A stretch of DNA of 64,000 nucleotides from a virus. Positions within the stretch are counted from its first letter, which is position 1. Every line of letters begins with the position of its first letter. The stretch spans positions 1 through 64,000 of the IMG/VR virus record IMGVR_UViG_3300016478_000246, one strand, 5' to 3'. Shown here piece after piece: positions 58,919 through 64,000 of this stretch. The notes below the pieces were generated by a model. It was not told where the DNA came from. It made no database searches and worked only from the letters and a program-made list of their open reading frames with translations. Position numbers and translations under genes: made by a program.

Positions 58919-61900
58919 ATGAATAACTGTGTAAATATGAACCATAAGGATTTTAAAGACCTGGCAGAAATGTCAGGTCTAAATCCTTTGGATTTGGCGC
59001 TCAAGATGGGCGTATGGATGAATAATAACAATACGACAGAATGGCCAACATTAGAGCAATTAGGAATTAAAGCTGTAAAACAAATTGAATTGGTCCAAAG
59101 ACAAGGCTTACAAGCATCTGAGCCTAAAACCTTTAAGGCTCCAATATTTAAAAAATGGACCGCTCAATTTAAGGGTGAAAGGTTTGGGCTTAAGTCTATT
59201 CTCAAAGATATTACAGGGCTTTCAAAAAACATGAGTTCTCTATTGAACTTTTTATTGAAAAATGTCAATGGCGATGTTCAATTCCAGATAATCTCAAGAG
59301 AGCAGATTATTAAAAAGTTTGGGCAAAAGATGGCTAATTCAAGGGGGTTTTATGATACTGATTCAAACACAATCTACTTAAGCTCTGACAGCAAAAACAA
59401 TCTTGACAATAAAGATTTGCTAACAACAATTCTACATGAGTTAGTCCATAACGTATCAGTCAGTAAAATTAAAGCTATTCAGTCTGAGTTAAGGCGGGGA
59501 GTGATGAAAAATTCTGGAGTATATACGGAGCTGCAAGACTTATACAATAAGCTAAAACCGCTCTTGCAAAATAGATTCCCTGAGTATTTTCAAGATGAAC
59601 TTGGGAATGACTCATTGATTGAATTTATTGTGGCATTATCAGATGAAAAGTTCACAAAGGCCCTTAATGCTCTTGAAGAAGATAAAGTATCGTTCTTTAA
59701 AAAGATTATCAATTGGTTTAAGAATCTGTTGGGAATCAAAGCAAATACCTTGCATGATAGATTGATGGACGCTTTATACCAATTATCTTCAATGACTATC
59801 AGCGAAATTGATAACGTTCAACTCAACAAAACCTTTGCACGCGTTCAGAATTTTTATGAATTCAATGAAACAACCAAAAAGATTTTAGCTGAAAGCGAGG
59901 ATTTATCAGTTCAAATGGTTAAGGATGAAGATGGTAATGAAGTTGAGGGTGAAGTGTATGAAGACGTAAGAAGCGGTAAATTATATAATCGTATCACTTA
60001 TGGAGCCAAGTCACTATTAAAAGCGTTTGTGCCCAAAAAGTTTGATGGAGATTTTTCTCAAAACAAGGCTGATGAAATATGGAAAAACCTTGACCATGAT
60101 TTTAAAATCAATATAGAGGGGACGTCTTATACTTATGATGAATATCTGTCCAAGTTGAGAGATAGTTTTAAATTTGGCACCACTCGCGGTCGAATTATGG
60201 ACCATATCAATCAGTTAATTAATGAGACTGACCCTATGGAACAGTCCAGAATTAAAGCATTAATTGCTAAAGAAGCTGCAAAAGGAGGTGTTGAAGAATC
60301 AAGGTATAACTGGTTATTTGATGATGTACTCGACCATAAAGGTGCTAAAACCGGTCAGCAAGTTTATGAGAAAATGTATGAACAGCTTGGCGTTAATAAA
60401 TTTAAAAAATATGTCAAGGCAGAACTGCGTGACAAGGTTACTACTCAGGTGACTGTTGCTTCGGATTTATTAGGATACGCGGGGTCTATAGACATGCTTG
60501 TAGAGCACCAAGAAAACTTTTATGGCAAGGATGGAGAGATAGCTGGTAAATACCTAAGTATTTATGACTTGAAATCCGGTAAGTCGCAGCTTAACGAAAT
60601 AGGTATGCATTTGCTGCACTATGGAGAGCAGAACAAATGGATTACCAATGGTGGGTTAGATATGGCTAAATTACAGATTGCAATTTATGCAATGATGATT
60701 AAGCTAAACAATCCTGAGCAGCGATTTAAAAACCTGCAAGTGGTATCAGTGCAAAATAAATATGAAGCTATGCGCTTTAATAAGCACACCCTGGTTGAAG
60801 TTGAATCATTTATCCCCATGATGGAGGCCTTCTTTAAAGATAAAGGCTTAATGAAAGAGCTTGGTCTTGACCCCAACATAGCAGCAGATATGGTGCGGCA
60901 AAGCCCTGATGTGTTTAATTACAACCATTATCAACATGTTGAGTTCGTTGAAGATGAAATAAATACTCTTGAAAAAATCAACTTTAAAATAGCTTTAAAC
61001 GAGCAAATACGCAGGGAGTCTAACATATCAAATGAAGAGAAGTATCGCCTTGAGAAGGAGATGCAAGAGCTCTTGAAGAAAAAGATTATGTACGAGGAGG
61101 ATGAGAGTACTGCGTCAGAGTTTTTAAGCCAAAAGAAAACCCCATCAACATCATTTGTTGCAAGATGGCTTGGCGGTCTTGGTGATTCAAACCACCCTCT
61201 TGTGAAGGCTTTTAAATCAGCGTGGGACAGGGCTTATAATAGGCATACTATTAATATGCTCGCTAAAGGTGATGAGATTGAAGTAGTTGTGGATGCGCTT
61301 AGAAACGATTATAAGAAGCGCAAGACTATTTCTGAAATGGTTGAGGGCGATAATCTCACAATGTATGATGAGTTATTAAAAGATGATTTTGTTGAAGGCG
61401 TAGGTAATGTTGAACGACTAATCCTCGAAAAAGATGCTGAGTGGTCAAGACTGAGTGACGCGCAACAAAATTTTATCAAACTTCATGAGAAAATGATGAA
61501 AGAGTATTTTGTTGGTAAGGGAGCATATCTCAACACCCAGGCTTCACAAGACATTCGTAAAAAGTCAGTATCTCATCTGCAACTACAAGCGCCAGGTTTT
61601 ACATATTACGAAGGATTCTTTCCAAAGACTGCTCCATCAGATATGGATCTAAAGCGTCGATATGGCAAAGGAAATGCCCTTACAGGTGCTATTTTAAGTC
61701 TTGAATATAAGAAAGCCCTGCTTGCAAGAAAGTTTAGCTTTGCTGAAGAGTTTATGTTTGAAAACTATGGTAACGAGCGCATAGCTCTTCCAATTAAATA
61801 CTTAGGCTCAAGAAAAAATGATGATGAAAAGTATTATTCACATGACTTGGGGGCATCATTAACTAAATTTGTTGAGTGGTTAGAGTATAAAAAAGAGATG

Positions 61901-63514
61901 GACCCGGTTTACGCTATGGGCAAAGCTATTAATTATACAGTCCTGGCTGAAACTGCAAGGCTTAGAAATCAAGATAAAGATAAGGAGGCTGATAAGGTTT
62001 TGGCCGAAATGGATATTCTTAAAGGATTTTTAAGAAAAGGTGTGCAACGAATTTCAAAAGACGATACAATGTGGTTTGGTGAGTTTAATATGAAAATCAC
62101 TAATCCAGCCACTGGCAAGCCAATATTTTTTGCCCCTGAAAAGTTTTTACGCGCCCTATCAAAGTGGGCCAGAGACACTACTATGTGGTTTAAGCCTTTT
62201 GCCGCTGCTGGTAACACTGTGCAGCAACAGTGGCTGCTTAATCGTAAAGCAATTGATGACGCATGGGCAAATAAATGGTTTGGGGATTCTAATAGCCAAA
62301 CAGACATGGGGCCTAAAGATATGGCATTTGCGACAGAAATATTTATTGGTATTGGTCGCGACATAATTCTTGGCAAGCTTAAAGAAAATAAAGCCTGGGC
62401 TATGATGGAGCAATTTAACTATATTGACGGCAACACTATGGCTGCTTTAGAACGCAGATACCATACTATGAGAGAGCGTACGTCGTTTGACGAGGCAGCT
62501 CTTATAATGCATACTATGGGTGAATTTTATGCTCTTACATCAACAATGTTTGCGCAAATGAACCACATGAAGCTTAAAGACGGTCGTTCATTTTATGACG
62601 CTTATGAATACAAGGATGGTAAATTAACATGGACTGGCGGAGTGCGCGCCAAAATTAAAATGGGTAATGGTCAATATAAAGATTTGATGGGCTTAGACTC
62701 AAAAGAAATAGCCAGGTTTAAAAGAATCCATGAAAGAATGCTTGGCAACTACCGCTCTGATGAGTTTTCAGGGCTTGAGTTATATGCTTTTGGACAGTTC
62801 TTTGTGACTCTTAAAAAATACTTCCAGCGTATTGTGTTAAACCTTGTTGACTCAAAAACCATAGATCCTCTATTAGGCGAATACAGGCCAACAGGGACCA
62901 TGAGAGATGCCGGGATGGAGTACGATGTGGTTGTGTGGCAAGGGCGCCATATTGAGGCTAAATTTACGTCTGCAATGAGATTGTTTGCGCTACCATTTTG
63001 GTTCTTTAAAGGGCAATATAAAGACAAAATAAATGCTCTTACGTTTGAGCAAAAACGTAACATGCTTGAGTTTGCACATACTTACATTGAATTAGCTGTT
63101 TTAGCCATATTATTTTCAACATTCTTTTCAGATGTTCCAGATGATGATGCCACAAAGAAATGGGCTAAGATGTATCTTATAGACAACCTGGCGCAACAGT
63201 ATAACCCTGTGGATATATTGAGAACTATGAGCAACTTAACACCGGTTGGATTCACCAAGTCTTTTAGGACTATGGAAAATATGGTATTGTTTAGCGGCTC
63301 GTTAATAGCTCTTGGAGAAGGCGATAGAGATAGGGCGTTCACGCAGCAAGGCAATTTGCGAGGATTTATTGAAATGCAAAAATCAATTCCTGGATTAGCA
63401 GCATATTACGACCTTACGAGAAAACTTGATTCTATTGAATTCTTAAACCCTGACAACGAGACGAGTAATTATATGACTCAAATGTTTAATGAAAAGGGTA
63501 TGATTTTCAGATAA
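58919..63514 (+). CDS. Large cargo protein with zincin and PD-(D/E)XK nuclease-like domains
   Basis: Likely start ATG 58919; GFYD..TIYL..HELVH..EF; AGSIDML..IYDLKSG..QIAIYA; hydrophobic C-terminal segments. Confidence 0.8.
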   Translation: MNNCVNMNHKDFKDLAEMSGLNPLDLALKMGVWMNNNNTTEWPTLEQLGIKAVKQIELVQRQGLQASEPKTFKAPIFKKWTAQFKGERFGLKSILKDITGLSKNMSSLLNFLLKNVNGDVQFQIISREQIIKKFGQKMANSRGFYDTDSNTIYLSSDSKNNLDNKDLLTTILHELVHNVSVSKIKAIQSELRRGVMKNSGVYTELQDLYNKLKPLLQNRFPEYFQDELGNDSLIEFIVALSDEKFTKALNALEEDKVSFFKKIINWFKNLLGIKANTLHDRLMDALYQLSSMTISEIDNVQLNKTFARVQNFYEFNETTKKILAESEDLSVQMVKDEDGNEVEGEVYEDVRSGKLYNRITYGAKSLLKAFVPKKFDGDFSQNKADEIWKNLDHDFKINIEGTSYTYDEYLSKLRDSFKFGTTRGRIMDHINQLINETDPMEQSRIKALIAKEAAKGGVEESRYNWLFDDVLDHKGAKTGQQVYEKMYEQLGVNKFKKYVKAELRDKVTTQVTVASDLLGYAGSIDMLVEHQENFYGKDGEIAGKYLSIYDLKSGKSQLNEIGMHLLHYGEQNKWITNGGLDMAKLQIAIYAMMIKLNNPEQRFKNLQVVSVQNKYEAMRFNKHTLVEVESFIPMMEAFFKDKGLMKELGLDPNIAADMVRQSPDVFNYNHYQHVEFVEDEINTLEKINFKIALNEQIRRESNISNEEKYRLEKEMQELLKKKIMYEEDESTASEFLSQKKTPSTSFVARWLGGLGDSNHPLVKAFKSAWDRAYNRHTINMLAKGDEIEVVVDALRNDYKKRKTISEMVEGDNLTMYDELLKDDFVEGVGNVERLILEKDAEWSRLSDAQQNFIKLHEKMMKEYFVGKGAYLNTQASQDIRKKSVSHLQLQAPGFTYYEGFFPKTAPSDMDLKRRYGKGNALTGAILSLEYKKALLARKFSFAEEFMFENYGNERIALPIKYLGSRKNDDEKYYSHDLGASLTKFVEWLEYKKEMDPVYAMGKAINYTVLAETARLRNQDKDKEADKVLAEMDILKGFLRKGVQRISKDDTMWFGEFNMKITNPATGKPIFFAPEKFLRALSKWARDTTMWFKPFAAAGNTVQQQWLLNRKAIDDAWANKWFGDSNSQTDMGPKDMAFATEIFIGIGRDIILGKLKENKAWAMMEQFNYIDGNTMAALERRYHTMRERTSFDEAALIMHTMGEFYALTSTMFAQMNHMKLKDGRSFYDAYEYKDGKLTWTGGVRAKIKMGNGQYKDLMGLDSKEIARFKRIHERMLGNYRSDEFSGLELYAFGQFFVTLKKYFQRIVLNLVDSKTIDPLLGEYRPTGTMRDAGMEYDVVVWQGRHIEAKFTSAMRLFALPFWFFKGQYKDKINALTFEQKRNMLEFAHTYIELAVLAILFSTFFSDVPDDDATKKWAKMYLIDNLAQQYNPVDILRTMSNLTPVGFTKSFRTMENMVLFSGSLIALGEGDRDRAFTQQGNLRGFIEMQKSIPGLAAYYDLTRKLDSIEFLNPDNETSNYMTQMFNEKGMIFR

Positions 63515-63554
63515 TCAGGGGCGTTAAATTTTTTCAAATATCACATAAAGAAGC

Positions 63555-63589
63555 AAATAGGGGATTACTCACGTAGTCCCCTATTTTTG
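63555..63589. terminator. Terminator between convergent gene blocks (possibly bidirectional)
   Basis: AAATAGGGGATTAC-tcac-GTAGTCCCCTATTT with A/T flanks. Confidence 0.8.
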
Positions 63590-63609
63590 TTTAAATTAAT
63601 AATCCCCTA

Positions 63610-64000
63610 TTAGTTTAAATTCTCCACGACAGTTAATAAGTCGGAGTTACCATCCTTCTCTATGAAGTATGGTAGTGTCCGCATGTACGTTAAGTCATCG
63701 TGATCCATAACGTATTGTTGAGTTGCTCGTATTATAAGCATCTCATCGCTAATGCCATATTTTTCAATAAAACGCATTAGTTTATTTTTAACAAGTTCTT
63801 TGTTTCCTCTCCAATAAATACCCGTATCTTGCTTGACCCCCTCAGGGAACAAGTTTTGTAATGACTCTGCAAGAGATAGAACCTTCTGTTCATTGTAATA
63901 TAAATCTCTGCTTAAATCAAGGGTATTTAGTAATTTTGTTCTGCCAGCCTCAGTGATAGAACACGCCCCGTTATTGAACGAGACGTATTCTTTTGATAAT
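63610..64000 (-). CDS. Hypothetical protein, 5' end outside the window
   Basis: The frame of ORF 63610..63852 stays open to base 64000; LFPEGVK..YMRTLPYFIEK. Confidence 0.7.
   Translation of the reverse strand, partial: LSKEYVSFNNGACSITEAGRTKLLNTLDLSRDLYYNEQKVLSLAESLQNLFPEGVKQDTGIYWRGNKELVKNKLMRFIEKYGISDEMLIIRATQQYVMDHDDLTYMRTLPYFIEKDGNSDLLTVVENLN

Noticed and set aside
44264-63354. Numerous antisense ORFs within the giant genes
   Set aside because: S/L/F-rich mirror translations expected from sense-strand codon bias; no independent signals.
7928-63514. Stop-codon reassignment, as in some Crassvirales
   Set aside because: Genes up to 15 kb are open in the standard code. The breaks in terL and MCP are explained by introns, and there is no suppressor tRNA (the Ser TGA anticodon reads UCA).

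Overview
This window is about 64 kb of a crAss-like phage (Crassvirales) genome, read in the standard genetic code. Six TTTG-N19/20-TAnnTTTG-type promoters point to a Bacteroidota host. Bases 1-3.8 kb (minus strand) hold small orphan genes and a cluster of structured non-coding elements. A G/C-run-rich strand switch at 3.85-4.12 kb is a candidate origin. The plus strand then carries tRNA-Met and tRNA-Thr, small genes including a GroES-like protein, TerL (one intein plus one group I intron), portal, two fibre/receptor-binding proteins and putative lysis genes. These are followed by a scaffold-like protein, the major capsid gene split by three group I introns, tRNA-Ser, ring/tail/muzzle proteins and four ejected-cargo genes, one encoding a 5069-aa helicase-like/zincin/RNA-polymerase fusion. 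Two observations stand out. (1) A free-standing ~150-nt minus-strand RNA at 741-890 reproduces the 23S rRNA uL11-binding GTPase-associated centre (H42 top, H43, H44). It carries compensatory changes in known tertiary contacts and an ~80-nt inserted arm, and is flanked by two other unidentified structured RNAs. (2) The four cargo proteins (~7,900 aa) contain only two cysteines, facing each other across the RNAP / next-gene junction. All calls come from reading the sequence and remembered family motifs; no searches were run.
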